A DNA stretch of 64,000 nt, from assembly GCA_010093605.1 (NCBI GenBank), contig MU004186.1, positions 575,765 through 639,764 on the forward strand. Direction: 5' to 3'. The first letter of the stretch is position 1, and each line of letters starts with the position of its first letter. The notes under the pieces were generated by a model. That model had not been told where the DNA came from. It made no database searches and saw only the letters and a program-made list of their open reading frames with translations. Source of the DNA: Lophium mytilinum (lineage: Eukaryota). A program made the position numbers and the translations under genes. Positions 20,404 to 33,752 of this stretch are shown piece by piece.

Positions 20404-23338
20404 GCGTGGATTATTAGTTGCCCGCGGCTGGACAGGCTGCACGAAGCCGCATCTGGCGCTCCGCTGGGTGACGGGAGAGGCTCTGGGGGGAAGCGTAGCA
20501 GGTTCGAGGTTAGACAGGAATGACGGCGTGGGCAGCGCTGGGGCACGATGGGCGGTCTGGAGGTTTATAGGGTCCCGGCGGCCCAAGGTGCACGCATGGA
20601 GGAGCTCGATCGTCACCAGCTCGATCGCCACCACGCAGCGGACCACTGAAGGACAGAGCAGGCGGGCACGCTGCGGCGGACACTGAGGGATCCGGGCTGG
20701 GGTCGGGCTGCTGGGTTCTGGGAGCAAAGCCTCAGGGCGGACATCTGCGACACGCAATGGGGAGCGCTGGAAGCAGCCGAGGCGGGCAGCAAGCAAACAG
20801 CCTCGTTCACTGGAACGGCCCTGGCGACTATGTACTGGCGGGCTTGGCAACTCACCCCAGAGACCAAGTGGGATTCTGGCACACTAGATTGATATGGCGC
20901 CGGGACCGAGCAGGGCAGGGCGCGGGGTGTCTCTCCAGACTGGCCGCGGTGGCTGGGAGTGGTGTAGTCGTAGGTGAGGCCGGCGGGGGAGACAGGTCAG
21001 GATTATGCCGGGCTTTATCCTGCAACAACGGCTGCCCGCGAGCTAGGCGACGGCGTGAGAGCGGAGTGTTTGAGGACGAGACGCAAAGGGCGAGGACGCA
21101 AATAATGGATGGACGGGGGCGCTGGCAATGGGGGGACGGGCGGCGCTGCAAGACATAGGGCTTGGGGCGTGGTGGTGCAGGGCCAGCGATGCTTTTCGTC
21201 GTGCCCGTCCAGCGTGGAGAGGTTCGCCGGATAAAACAGGGCCCAAAGCCTCTTGCGGTGCTGAGGTTTCGCAAGGTGCAAAGGGGGGCGGGTAAAGCGA
21301 CTGTTTCGAATCGACGGCGCTGCAGCACCAGCCAGCGACGACGAGGCGTATCACACTGTGCTCCGCCGGCACCCAATTTGTGAGCAATTATCGCATAGAT
21401 TGGCATGTAACTCTGGCCATTGCTGGCCCGTCCTGAGGTAGCATCGCCGGCCGCAGACGCGGGGAGGGGGGATTCCACCGCGAGCCTGGCTCCAAGGGCG
21501 CGCGTAACGGCTCTGGAACTGCCGGGTTCAGGAAGACAGACGCCACGGTGCGCTGAGTGCGGCCGCGTGCCCTACAGAGATGATATGCTGGACAGGGCGC
21601 TCTAGTGGTGATGGCCATCGCGGTGGTGGTGCTGGGGGGCATGTTCGACCTGCCTTGGCCCAACCAGGAATCGCTGCGATCTTCTCACCATGGCCTGGCT
21701 CCCGTGCGGCTGCGCGAATCAGCGCCGACAATGCAGCCCACCGGCCTCGGATAACTCCATCGGCCTCCTCTTCGGCTCAAGCGCCCGAATGCACCCCGGC
21801 CCGTGTGGCGTGCGATCCGCTCAACACCATGCGTCTCTCGTCGAACCCCGGCTGGCCAACATCATCACACTCGCCCTCAGCCACCGCATCCCAGGTCTGC
21901 GGGCCCTGCAGCAACGGCTATCATGCATCGCGAGATGCCTCCGAGGCCACAGAGGCTGGACGATGCCCCCTGCGCATGCTTGCGGCCTTTCGAGGTCCAA
22001 TTCACCGAGCGGCGGGCGATCTGCCGACGCGCTGCCTTCCATACGCTGCTCTCCGCGGACGCTGTCTGACTGTCCCCAGGGCGTTGATGTCGCTGGCCAC
22101 TGACCATCCCCGCAATGCCATGTCTGTCCCTGGCCATGGGAGGCGGAACCGCAATCCGGGCAAATGTGACATATCGCTGCGGTTTGAGCACCATCTGGGA
22201 GCGGTCTGCTCTGAGCGGGCCGTGGCGGAAGGCAAGTGGCCGGCAGCGACATCGTGTCATGCGATATCTTCATCATCCAGATGGGGGCAGCATGGAAACC
22301 CCGGCTGCGTCGACCACGGCACGCTCCATCGAATGGCGTCTCGGTGATTCTGCACAGCAAGATGCAGAGAAGCTTAAACCACAACGAGGCAGCTCGTGCC
22401 GCGAGTTTTCCCATTTCAGCCGACGGGGGGGCTTGTCGTGGCTGCAGCTCCCGAAGCGTCAGCAGCGGGAGGCCGAAAATCTCGTTGACCGTCAATTTCC
22501 AGCCTAAAGCAGACGGCTTCTGCAGCTCCTTGCCCATCCCAGGCTTGCCCAGATCCCATGCATGTGACACCACTGGAAGTGAGTGCGCTATTGAAAAGCA
22601 GCTCTGCGAGCGTGAGACGATAGAGCCGAACGCCAGCTCGTGGGGTTCTGACTTCTCGCCCGTGCCATGGCTGTGCGCGCGGTGCAGCAGTCACCGTTGA
22701 GATTGTGCCTTGCTTTTTGATTGCCCCATGCGTGCGGCGGGCGGCCGTTGTCGAATGGCTTGCCGTGGACCGTGGAGTGCATCACAAGCGGCAGCTCAGG
22801 CGCGGATGCAGTTAGCGCTCAGTTCGAGGGCCGGTTTGGAGCTCCAGGCATGAGCTCTGCTCAGGTGGGCAATAATGCGGAATTGATCCTCAATATCAAC
22901 GCATGCGCAAGATCTGAGGCCCAGGTTCTTGATGTACATACTCGCCTCTTACCACTATCCGCGGTGCTTTGAAGCGTGCTCATAGATTCGGACGAGAGAA
23001 AAAGAAAATGCATTGATCAGTTGAAAATACAGACGTACCTTAAAGCAGTGCCTACTGTGACACCGATGCATGTGGACCTCACCTTGATGCACGAATCTAC
23101 GCGAGCCATCCCCCTTCCGCATCACGACTGCCAAGGAACCTCACCTCCGCCAATACACCACCGCACATCCTAGCTGCCTCTACTGCACTCGCATCTGTGC
23201 ACACCGCCGGCGCAGGGCTCGCGCTGAAGATCGGAGCAAATCTCGACGGCCACCCTCCAACATCGCAATCCAGGCCCGCTTTCTAGACTCGCTGCCGACG
23301 ATCAGCGCCTCTGCCGCTCCTCTCGCAGCGTGACAGCC

Positions 23339-24445
23339 ATGACTGCCGTGGGCAACTATCACCGTGAGTGGCACATGTTCATCTGCATCGCGCAATATCA
23401 CAGGCATACTGCGCTCACTTGTCCGCCGCTCCTTAGGTGGCCCTAATGCGTCCATAGCTAACAACGCCAAAGGATATCAGGGCGCTGCACGAGACATCCC
23501 AGGTCCTGCGCCCGCACCGCACATCAAAGACCGCCGTTTGGTCCTCCTCGACGGCCTGGTCCCGGGCCTCTTCGCGGACGGTTCAGCGGTGCTCGATGTC
23601 GGCTGCAACGCCGGCGCTGTCACAGTCCAAGTTGGTAAGCCTGTCCCAGGGATCACCCTGCTAATATGCAAGCGATTAAGGTTTTGACTTTCTGATATTG
23701 TCTCCCAGCCCACTACTATGACATTGGCTCCGCAACGGGCGTGGATGTCGACCCTCACCTGATTAAAAAGGCCAAGAGTCATTTCACATTGCAGTCCTCG
23801 CGCATTCGGCCCGCTACCGACGACCGTCCCAGAGAACTAAACTACTATCCTATCGCGGCAGTTGCAGACCTGGGCCTGCTAGAACGATTTCTTTTTGGCG
23901 ACGAGGAGGAGGAGTCTAGCGACAAGCATGAAGAGTCTAGCGACGATGATGAAGATTCTGGCGACGAGCATGAAGACTCTGGCGACAAGCACGAGCATTC
24001 TCACGACGAGACCAAGGATTCTGACGACGGCGCTAGCTCTAAGAATCCTAAGTGGACGTCTGATCTGCAAACTGTCCAGTTCATCCGCGAGGACTGGGCC
24101 ATATCGAAAAACCCCGAAACCTCAGGTCCATATGACGTTATTCTCGCTCTCAGCGTGGTCAAATGGATCCACCTCAAACATCTGGATGCAGGGCTGGAGG
24201 CATTCTTCTGCAAATGCGCTTCCTCGCTGAAGGAAGGTGGATACTTCGTTATCGAGGTACAGTCTTGGAGCTCGTATTTGACCGCCATCACGCCGGGCAA
24301 AACGCCTCACTTCGAGGATGCGCTGCTGCAGCTCAAGCATCGGCCTGAGACATCCTTTACCGAACTGCTGGAACAGAGCAGACTTATTCATGTTGCAACG
24401 TCCGAGGAACTCCCGCGCCGGATAAGCGTGTACCGCAAGGCCTGA
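23339..24445 (+). CDS. Bin3/MePCE (Bmc1-like) RNA methylphosphate-capping methyltransferase (introns 23364-23472, 23635-23708)
   Basis: Spliced N-terminus MTAVGNYHRYQG; VLDVGCNAG; YDVILALSVVKWIHL; EVQSWSSY. Confidence 0.9.
23911..24030 (+). repeat. 21-bp coding tandem repeat, ~6 copies, acidic insert in Bin3 protein
   Basis: ESSDKHE-ESSDDDE-DSGDEHE-DSGDKHE-HSHDETK-DSDD. Confidence 0.85.
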
Positions 24446-25799
24446 AGGTTTTGCGGGGTGACCTGATCTCCGGGCGGGGATTATCTCGACATTAGGCTCG
24501 TGCCGGTGCCCAGTTCCAGACGTGGCCGTGCGCTTCATCTACAACTTCGGCATTTCCCTGGCTTTCTTCAGGGCAAATTTAAACATCCACCCAATCAGTT
24601 AATCCGATCGTGTCATATGCACAAAGGTAGGTCTCTTTTCTTTTCTCTCGACCAGTATATTGCCTAGCTTTTGCGGCACTTAAGTTCGGTTCAAGCATTG
24701 CACACCGACTCATTACCAGGGCGCTTCTCGGCTCTGTGCAGAGCGGGCGGTCCAGTTTTCCCTTCCCTTCTTGGTCATACCCACCCTTTCTTATCACTGG
24801 TCCTGGCTACTGCACTCTCGTCACGCAGCCGACTGTGGTGAGACTACCCTGCTTACTTTCCCCAACTTCTTGATCAGTCATAGAATCCCAAAAACTTGGA
24901 AGTATAGTATAACACTAAACGTGATCCGAGAATCCCAATCAACCGAATCGTTGTACTTTCCATTGTGCAAGGCCTTCGCGACTCTCCTCTGAGTTATTGG
25001 CTCACTCTGTAGCGTTTTGGTTGGATTCTGTCCTGAGGCACCGCGCCGTGCAACTGACACCAGGGAATTGACTAACAGACCGGTAGCGCAGCTACCAATC
25101 ATTTTAACACTAACCTCTCCTACCGGCTACGTAAAGCCCCTTCTAAACACCAGTGCATCATTATCCTAAAAGCTAAACAGGAGAAATAAAGATACAAATA
25201 CCGGATAAGCTGGATTAAAGCGGCTCTGAACTCATATGAATTTCCCAGTATCGTCCGCTCAGTATCGTTTTAGACGGATTTTGCCTCCACCAATCTCGAA
25301 ATACTGCTCTCCCGGATGGTAATCCGCCGTACTACCCGCTGGTAAGTATGCGCTGTTAATACATGAACTAGATATGTGAGCAAAACGGATTTTCCTTTTT
25401 TGGGTACACCTAGAGCACTGTTGGAGGTGGCCTGGTGAGCTTCTTTATCGCTCATGATGGCTGCATCTCAATTCTCATATTGCATCAACAAAACGCAAGC
25501 AGCGGTGAAAGTAACGTAAGCCTGCAATTATACGCAGTGTGAGAGAAAGGGCATGTCACGTGCCCAGACTCAATTATCAATCGAGGAGCGTTAAGAGTTG
25601 CTAGTCGAGCTATGTTCTACTCGTACGAGTTCGCTCATCCTCTCAATGATTAACCTTGGGGCTTGCGCATTCCTTCGGCGACTAATGCAAAGATCTGCTG
25701 TTACGAGGACTTAGAGCCAAAGTTTGAGATCCCGAATGCTGCCCGTTATCGGACCACTCGTAATCGGCAGTCTTTTCTGGGTGAACACACCGGGCTTCG

Positions 25800-26740
25800 G
25801 TTCATATGTCTTCCGCTCTATCGGAAAAGCCTACATATATCCAAATGCGCGGTGTAGCGATTAGTGCTGTTTCCCATACTGTTACGAGACCATCTCGGAG
25901 TATGTCAAGCTCTTCGGGACTCCAGAAGTTCATATGCAGGGTCTCAAGATCGAATGTGGCTTTCAATGCGTGGAACGGTTCACGATAAAACTCCTGGACT
26001 ATCAATTCGAGGGTCCCAATCGTCCCCTTCATAGACTTGGCGTTCACTAGAAGCCATTCACCCTCGTCCGGCCTGAACTCATAGCTCCATCACTATCACG
26101 CCACGGCACAGATATCTAACACCCTAAAGAATAGTATCCCATGATGAGGGCCACTTTGTTCAAGAAATAAAGGGTTTAGCGTTTTGACACAGCGGCTGAT
26201 AGATGGCAAAAGCCGCACTACTGATCTTTGAAACCTTGATAACACCGATTCCGTCATCAGCGTTCGAGAGAAAGAGGCCAAACCCAATAGCTCTCAACTC
26301 AACCCAGAAGTGCGACCACCTAGTTAGTCCCAATGCAAGGACGCAACGTCGAATTGAGGACCAGACTCAGCGGTTTGATCTCCGCTTACCGCCCAAACCT
26401 CGGAAACACATAACAGAGCCTCGTCTCGTTCATCAGCTCGTGCCCTACGGAGTAGCTTCTTACCATCTATTCCAAGATATTCCGCGCCAAGCCGACTAAA
26501 CCATCTCCTAGAAAATACCATCCTATGCGTGGTAGGGTAACATCACAATCGGGAGTTCTCCCTCCATTCCCGAACCCCTGCAATCGGGTGGTTCCTCGTC
26601 AGCATCGCACCACACTACTGAAATGCAAGAGTTCAGCATCGCAGCTGCAAGACATTCCTATCGACGTCAACTTGTCCATGGAAGCTAACCCGAGCTGCAT
26701 TCTTCCATCCTTCTAGCTCTTCGGAGATGATTCTTTCCGA
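25800..26740 (-). pseudogene. Possible decayed gene of unknown family
   Basis: Successive protein-like fragments (26324-26521, 25802-26047) broken by stops and frameshifts. Confidence 0.25.
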
Positions 26741-29700
26741 TCGACTAAGGCACCCCCGACCCGACTCTCTGAGATGCTTTTGCACCCGATGAAGGTCTAG
26801 ACCCACAGCAGAGCTGACCCCTTACCGCAGCACACGTACAACATCCCACAGGACGGCTACGTGCACGTGTCGTTAGGCTGAGGTGGCGGTCTGACGAGCT
26901 GGATGGCGGCGTGTGGGACGAGGTGGGTAGCCGTGTCCGAGCCGAGGCAATATTGAACTCCAATCCAACACTCGGAGGCTGCTGGTGGTACTTGAAAAGT
27001 TGGTTTATCGGGGATGGCGGCGTGAGAGGACTATGGCTAGTTCGCTCTACGGGAAGTGGACGCGGCTGAAGTGAACGGGTGGTCAAGGCCTAGGTCCAGC
27101 AACCAGCTCCCGAAGCCTAGGATCCCTCGATCAGCGGCAGTGTGAGGATCTTGTACGCGCTGATGGTGTTGGTCATTGGATGTAAGAGGGGGAGGGGCGT
27201 ATGGCAGATATCGTGAGTGCTGGCTGGTGAGCTGGCCCCCGATACTACGCCTGTCCACTAATGACAACACATTGGAAAAAGGGGAAGCCTTGCTCTCTTA
27301 TCTTCTAGCAGAGTACAGCAGAGAACTTAGGAGAAACCAGGAGAAATGACGCGATATTCGATGAGATTGGTGAAGGATACCTAGAGTAACAGAGCATGAG
27401 AACGGAGAGGAAATCATCCCGTGATATAACCACAGCATGTGTTCTTTCCTCCATCAAGCAAGGAAAACACACAACGCCCCTTCAGGAAATCCGCTCCGCC
27501 TCGGGACCCCTCTGCGCTGGAATTTTAACGTTCCACAACATCATTAGGCCCGCATACATCCATCTCGTGCCTGCCAGGCAGGTGAGCAGAATTCGTGGAA
27601 CACTTCAAATGGCCCGTGCAGCAACATCAACAGTCTTCCTCAACACGACGTGAACTTAATAAGCTGTGGATTGCTAGAACAACTCAGAAGCTAATTTTGT
27701 ATGTGGTGACGAGCTTTTGGAAGATAATTCCAACGTGGCGTTGAGCCAGAAAGAAATGAATAGGTTGACTTAGTCAGCGGTGTTCCAGGAACTCTGCTCG
27801 CCTGCCTGCTGCTTTCCTGGCACCAGACAACAAATATAGCCATGCCATTTATTTCTTCCTCTCGAACCCCTAAACACGCATCACACAATTGAAACCATAC
27901 CGTACTGTATCATCCCAACCCTATTCTGCGATAAGCCAGCCACTCCCTCGGGCGCGAACAACGAAACCTGGCACGCACTGAATGGCCGCCCGACACCGGC
28001 GGCCGATGCTGCACGTCGCACGATCCGGCCGCCAACGTGGGAGAAGGGGGGCGCAGTGGCGCTGCTTCCGTGGTCCTTGGTTTGCGGTCCCGAGCGCTCG
28101 GACAAGGGGAGCCTTTCCCAGTGGGCCCCTGTATGTACAGGCTATGCAGGCCTGCGCATCCGTTCACTTAGGAAATCCCGTAATCTTTGCATTCATGCCT
28201 CTATCCAAGTTGTGGAAAAAAAGGGTATGGACGTAGCGTTGCTTCTTAAGTTTGGATTAGTCAACCGTTAGAAGATTAAGCGAAACGTGGAATCGAATGG
28301 ATATCTTCGGTCGAGCACAGACTTGCGTAGTATGTACAGCTCTTAGACGCATGCTGTGGTTAGTGTGCAGGTGGCCGTAAGGATAAAATACAGTACTGGA
28401 AGCTGTTGAGAGAAATGTCATTGGCTAGAATAGCTTTTCTAGGGTTATGAAGCCACTGGGTACGCAGCACTCACGAAACACACTGACCATAGCATGTGTC
28501 AAGGTGCTGTACTATACAAGGTCGAGGCTTGTCTAGGGCTTTCCGATGGTGTACCATTATAAAGCGCAAAAAAAAAGGAAGCGCGGAAAGCCAGCATCAG
28601 CATCAGGCCAGCCACCGCCCAGCAGGGCCCTCCGTGCTACAAGACCCGGCGCGTTACATATGCAATACCGCATATCCGGTACATGCTACCAGGCCTACCT
28701 TTCCCAGCATGTTCTACATAATAAGGCGAAAAAGGGGGGGCCTCATCTTTTCTTGGGATAGGTGGGATACATAGCGTCAGCACGCATGGCCAGCGCATCG
28801 CATCTCAGCCCTAGCGCGCCGGCCCGCCTCCAGCGGCTATCGCAGCGACTGCCAGCGAATAGAAGGGGTTCCAGCTGGCGTGGGAACGCGGTGCGGCTGC
28901 AAAACATCGGAGGCCCTGGCCCTTTTCTCGTGCGACAGGCGAGAGGGGGGCAAACAGCTGGCTGGTTTGCGGATGCAATGCACGACATTTTGGAGATGGA
29001 AGGACGCGCTGGCAGATGCAGCTGACTGGGAGGGATGGGTGTGGTAGGGCGGGAGTAGGTTGTGGGATGCCACGTAGCGGGCGCGATGATGGGGGTTGGA
29101 GGTGGGTGTGGATGGAGTTGTTAGGGTGGTGAGGGAAGGAGTATCCTGAATGGGGTTGATTTATTCCAAATGTACGTGTGGTGGGACGGTTTAAGGGGCA
29201 TGGAGGGACTACCGTGTAAGTGATTAATGATTAGATTGCTTTGGCAAGATGACTTTCAAGATGACTTCCAAGATGTCCTAGAATAGATCAGCTGGGAGGC
29301 CTGCTTCTTCTAAGGTACTGTACGTAGGAGGGAGGTATGTCAGAGGAGTGCAGAGTCGAAGGATGAATCTCCTACCCACATGTTACCCCTTTTCCACACT
29401 CCCACGCCACGACGTCTAGATTCCAATTTTTCTGTTCATGGATGCGCCCTGCCCCGCGTATACTGCCAGCCGCTAGACCACTCACAAGCCGGCGCTCTGC
29501 ATGCGCAGTGTGGGCCCTTTTACCAGGCCCCCGGCTGCTCGACGACGACACCACCACCCTTGGGATGCTCTCTGCCATCGCACGCAAGACCCATGATGCC
29601 CGCCCGCCGCGACAGATACGCCGCCAACAACCAGCACTCGAAAAACGCACCATGGCAGCCAGCGCGTCGCCTTACTCCGGGCAGGTGGCGGCATCGACTC

Positions 29701-30114
29701 AGCTCGCAGTGAGCCGTGGGCCCTCGCTAGCCAAGTATTGGGAGGGAGGCGCCAATAGTTATATATCCACGCCTCCGCGACGACGCTTCGTTGCCACCGC
29801 TGCGTAGCAAGACGACGACGACAGACCCCAGCCCGCCTGAAAGACCTGAACGTAAAAGAGTCCAGCATCCGCTGCCAATTGACACGGCAAGCCCCATTGC
29901 CTGCCGGAGCGCCTCCGTCGCGTCCCAGCCAGCCACCACTCCGACGCGACTGCTGACCCTTCTCGACATCGCCATATCCACGCGGCGATCACTGCGCGCG
30001 TGCCGTTCACCAGATCGCGGGGCCGATCGGGCATTTGAACGTTGCAATTTCTTAATCCTCCTGCCGCCCGTCAGCTTACATCTGCCCCCCGGCTCCAGTG
30101 CAGCGAGGAAGCGA

Positions 30115-30150
30115 ATGACCTGCTACTGCCCGTCGCACACGCCCGAGTAG
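30115..30150 (+). promoter_or_regulatory. Candidate uORF (MTCYCPSHTPE) in the leader of the DUF1349 gene
   Basis: ATG...TAG between TATA-like TTATATAT (~29759) and the main ATG at 30333. Confidence 0.4.
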
Positions 30151-30332
30151 ACGCCCACACGCAGGACCAAGGGGACAATCAGGGCGGGGTATACATACAC
30201 TGAACGGCACACGCCCCGGGGATAGTGCCAGACGACCACGACGCGGCAGACGACCGCCCTCCCCCAGATCGCCCGAGCCGACGATCCTCCCGAACCTCCC
30301 CTCCCCCCTCGCGGATCCCATCGAGAGGCACA

Positions 30333-31130
30333 ATGCCGCCCGACAGCTCCTCCTTCACGGCTCTCAATGTCCCCGCCCACCAGGTGCCCGACTGGATGGG
30401 CTCCTTCACCCTCGTCGCGCCCCCCAACACGGACCTCTGGCGCAAACCTCCTAGCCGCGATACCTCCACTGCCCCGATCCTCTACACTGCTCTACGCAGT
30501 CCCTTCATCGCCGCCGAAGTCACCGTGAGCGCCGACTGGGAGCTAGAGTGGGACCAGGGCGGGCTGGTGATATTCGCAGGGGCGCCACCAGGCCGAATCG
30601 GCGCCCAAACAGCAGCCGCAGCAGCAGCTATAGCAGCAGCGAATACAGCACCACCGTCGACGCCCGCTGCAGCAGCACCTCCAGTTGTGGTGGCGCCTCC
30701 TGTTGTGGCACACGACGACCCGCCGCCCGCGTACGTCACCCCCGCGCCGGCATCGAAATGGGTGAAGGTTGGGCTCGAATTCTGCAATAATGCGTGTCAT
30801 GCTACGTCGGTGTGCGCGACCTCGGACGGCGCGGATTGGGCCCTCACTTCGCTGCCACCGCACCACGCCCGCCGGCTCGATCTGCGCGTCAAGATCGAGC
30901 GCATCGGCTACGCCCTCTGGGTCTGGTACGAGGACGAGGTGTCGGGTTGGAAGAAGCTGCGCGAGGTGACGTGGTTCTTCTGGGGCGTCGAGGATAAGGC
31001 GGTGCGCGTGGGCGTGTATGCGAGTCGGCCGGCGAATTTTGGCGCGACGCATTATGAGCGCAGACATGGGGGGCCGAGTGTCACGCAGAGGAATTTGTGT
31101 GTTGATTTTGAGGGGTTGGAGATATTCTAA
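30333..31130 (+). CDS. DUF1349 (Ree1-like, concanavalin-fold) protein
   Basis: TDLWRKPP, WDQGGL, WVKVGLEF, LREVTW, VGVYASRP, VDFEGLEI. Confidence 0.9.
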   Translation: MPPDSSSFTALNVPAHQVPDWMGSFTLVAPPNTDLWRKPPSRDTSTAPILYTALRSPFIAAEVTVSADWELEWDQGGLVIFAGAPPGRIGAQTAAAAAAIAAANTAPPSTPAAAAPPVVVAPPVVAHDDPPPAYVTPAPASKWVKVGLEFCNNACHATSVCATSDGADWALTSLPPHHARRLDLRVKIERIGYALWVWYEDEVSGWKKLREVTWFFWGVEDKAVRVGVYASRPANFGATHYERRHGGPSVTQRNLCVDFEGLEIF

Positions 31131-32207
31131 GGAAAAAAATGTTGAAAAAGAGGAGAAGTTGGATAGGCGAGAGAAACGATATGGTTCCGAGCATTGGTTT
31201 ACGACTGTGTGTTAGCATGTCTTTCCTTTCTTCTTATGATGTGATACCATCAGCGAGTCATCTTTTTTCTGCTTCGATTTAGACTATTTCTATTACTGCT
31301 GTCGTCTCTACACTGCATTCTCCCGTTGTAGGTATATCGATGCTTCGGCTCGCCCAAAAACTCTTTTATGAGCTCTTTCTAGTTGCAATTTGGGCGTCTT
31401 TATGTCATTTCTGTGGTCGGATCCTGCTTGTTTCGGCGAACGTTGGTTACTATGTAGGTTCTTCATCATGGTCATCAGCCTACCTAGTCTTATTACTCTT
31501 CGGAACATATATATTCTGATATACTTATTTGATCTGTAGCTCATATTCTCCATTTCATTGCGCTCGTGACCCGAACAAATGAGGAGAGTGTTGGAACGTA
31601 TACGTTCTGCGGATCAAAGTTCTATGAGACAGGTCTGTGCACTTTTTCTTAAAATCTCCTCGAAATATCTCATCACGTACCTATATACTCCAGACAACAG
31701 CAAGGTAGGTCGATCCGAGCGCTCCGATCCGCTTAGATATACGGTCTTGGTGCGCTGGAGTGCCGCGAACTATGCCAAGCAATAGTGCACAGAGTTTTGT
31801 CAAGTCCTGTAGTGCCGTGTACTTGGAAAAGAGGCGACCTCCATGCTTGTAATCTTCCTGACTTTCATCCGAGCTTCACTTATGGTCTACGTATGAAATG
31901 GCCAGCTTCTTCCTTTCTTCACTTTCTATCCATCTGTGTATCTACCACGTGAAGCTATGTAGGCCCGAGAGCCTCCCATACACGGCGCATCATGTGCCCC
32001 CTGACCGACTTGCCAACACCCCTCGACACGCGCCCACCGCATCTTTCCATGCATCACCTCATCCACCCCTCATTCTTATAACCCCTCCATCGACATCCTC
32101 ATCAATTCCTCTTCTACCAACTCCGTTTACATCTCAATCTATCAATCATTTACCTAGTATCATTATCACCATATCCATACTCGAAATATCAACACTCACT
32201 ATTCAAA

Positions 32208-33399
32208 ATGCACTTCAATCCCCTTTTCACGCTCATCGCCCTCCTCGCCTCCACCTCGGCCTCAGCCTCCCCCTTCCCAGCCGCCGCCGACGGGCCCGCC
32301 CCAACACCCACCTCCGGAACTGAGTACTGGTGCTGGGTATCCCCGGCCTGCGTCTCCGCCTACAAGAGCATCCAAGCCTGCTACAACACCCTCGGCGGGA
32401 TTTCGGACCCAAACGACTCCTCCCAATCCAAAGCCGGGCAATTTTGCATATGCGACCCCAAGACAAAGGGCCGGTTGGCCCACCAGGCCGACTTCGACGC
32501 CTGCTCGGTGTGCTTCCGGGGCACGAACCCGCGCACCGACGAGGCGAGCCTAGAGGAGTGGCAGAACGACGGGAGCTTGTTTTGCGGAACAAATGGTACG
32601 GAACGTTTACTTTTGAGAATGATTTCCCCCAGTTTTCCCCTTCCAGTGAGCACAACACTGCTAACACAACGCTCCAGACCCGTCCGTCTACCTCTTCCTC
32701 GCGCAGATGCTGAAGTTCATGGCGGTCGCGCACACGCCGATGCCGTACACGCAGGCGCTGTCGGGCCCGATCACGGTGGTGACGACGCTATCGGATCTCT
32801 TCACGCCGCACAGTGGGTTGAACGAGTATCCGGCTTCGTCGGCGGCGTCGACGACTGCGGACCCGGGGAGCGAGAGTTCGGCTGCTGTGACTGCGCCTGC
32901 GCCGCCGCCGCCGCCGTCTTCGGTCGCGCCGGCGCAGACGCCTGGCTCTACTCCAACTCCCACTCCCTCGCCGACGGTCACGTCGACGCCAACGCCTGTG
33001 GCTACGGGGATTGCGACGCCGAAAGTCACGGGGGGTAGTAGTGTCTCGAAACCTGCCACTTCTACAACGCTAGCTGGGAGTGGGGGAGATGCGGTGGTTA
33101 CGCAGACGCGCTCGCTGATCTATAACCCTTCCCTCCTCCCTTCGCTGCTCCCGTCGTTTTGGACTCACTGGTTGAAGCCAGGGAGGTGGCCGGGGCAGCA
33201 CCAGGAGCCTGTCACGATTACCGCGTCGAACGGGCAGCCGATGCTGGTGGTGCAGCCGCCGGCGGGGGGGAATTGGAGGAAGGAGAAGAAGTCGAATGTT
33301 GGGATGGGGAAGAAGTCGGGGGCGGGGAGGGTGGGTGTGGGGGTTGGTTGGGCGGGGGTTGTGGTGGGGTTTGGGGGCATTGGGTTGTGGTTGTTTTGA
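32208..33399 (+). CDS. Secreted, probably GPI-anchored protein with 8-Cys N-terminal domain and S/T/P-rich stalk (intron 32596-32677)
   Basis: Signal peptide MHFNPLFTLIALLASTSASA; Cys cluster; SGAGRVGVGVGWAGVVVGFGGIGLWLF hydrophobic tail. Confidence 0.85.
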
Positions 33400-33752
33400 G
33401 GGGCATTGGGGTGAGTGGTGGTGAGACAAGGGGTGTTGGGAGAGATGGGAGGAAATATTGAAACTGCTGAGCGGGTGGTGCAGGTTTGAACCTTTTACGA
33501 AGACGATGGCAGTGCTGACTTGTCCAAGGTCCAGGAATCTTGAGTTCTGACGGTATGTTAGTGAGGCGTTAATATAGAGGGGTTTTTCGAGAGTGGCTTA
33601 CGTTCCAGACGGTGTGGCGAGAGATTAGGGCACATTTAGGACATTATCAGGGTATCCTTCTAGCCTTCCCAAGTCCTGGCAGGGTTAAACATTGCAAAAA
33701 CCGTAAAGAAGTCGAGGGTGTGTTTGTCGACTGCTTGTACCGGTGCTAAGGT

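Noticed and set aside
20404..23300. Many overlapping 100-255 aa ORFs upstream of velC, including the 5' extension of ORF 19669-20850
   Set aside because: GC-rich intergenic sequence with no domain features; a TATA-like element at ~20565 suggests the start at 20403
27000..29750. Short ORFs on both strands
   Set aside because: No motifs or splice-consistent gene model; treated as intergenic
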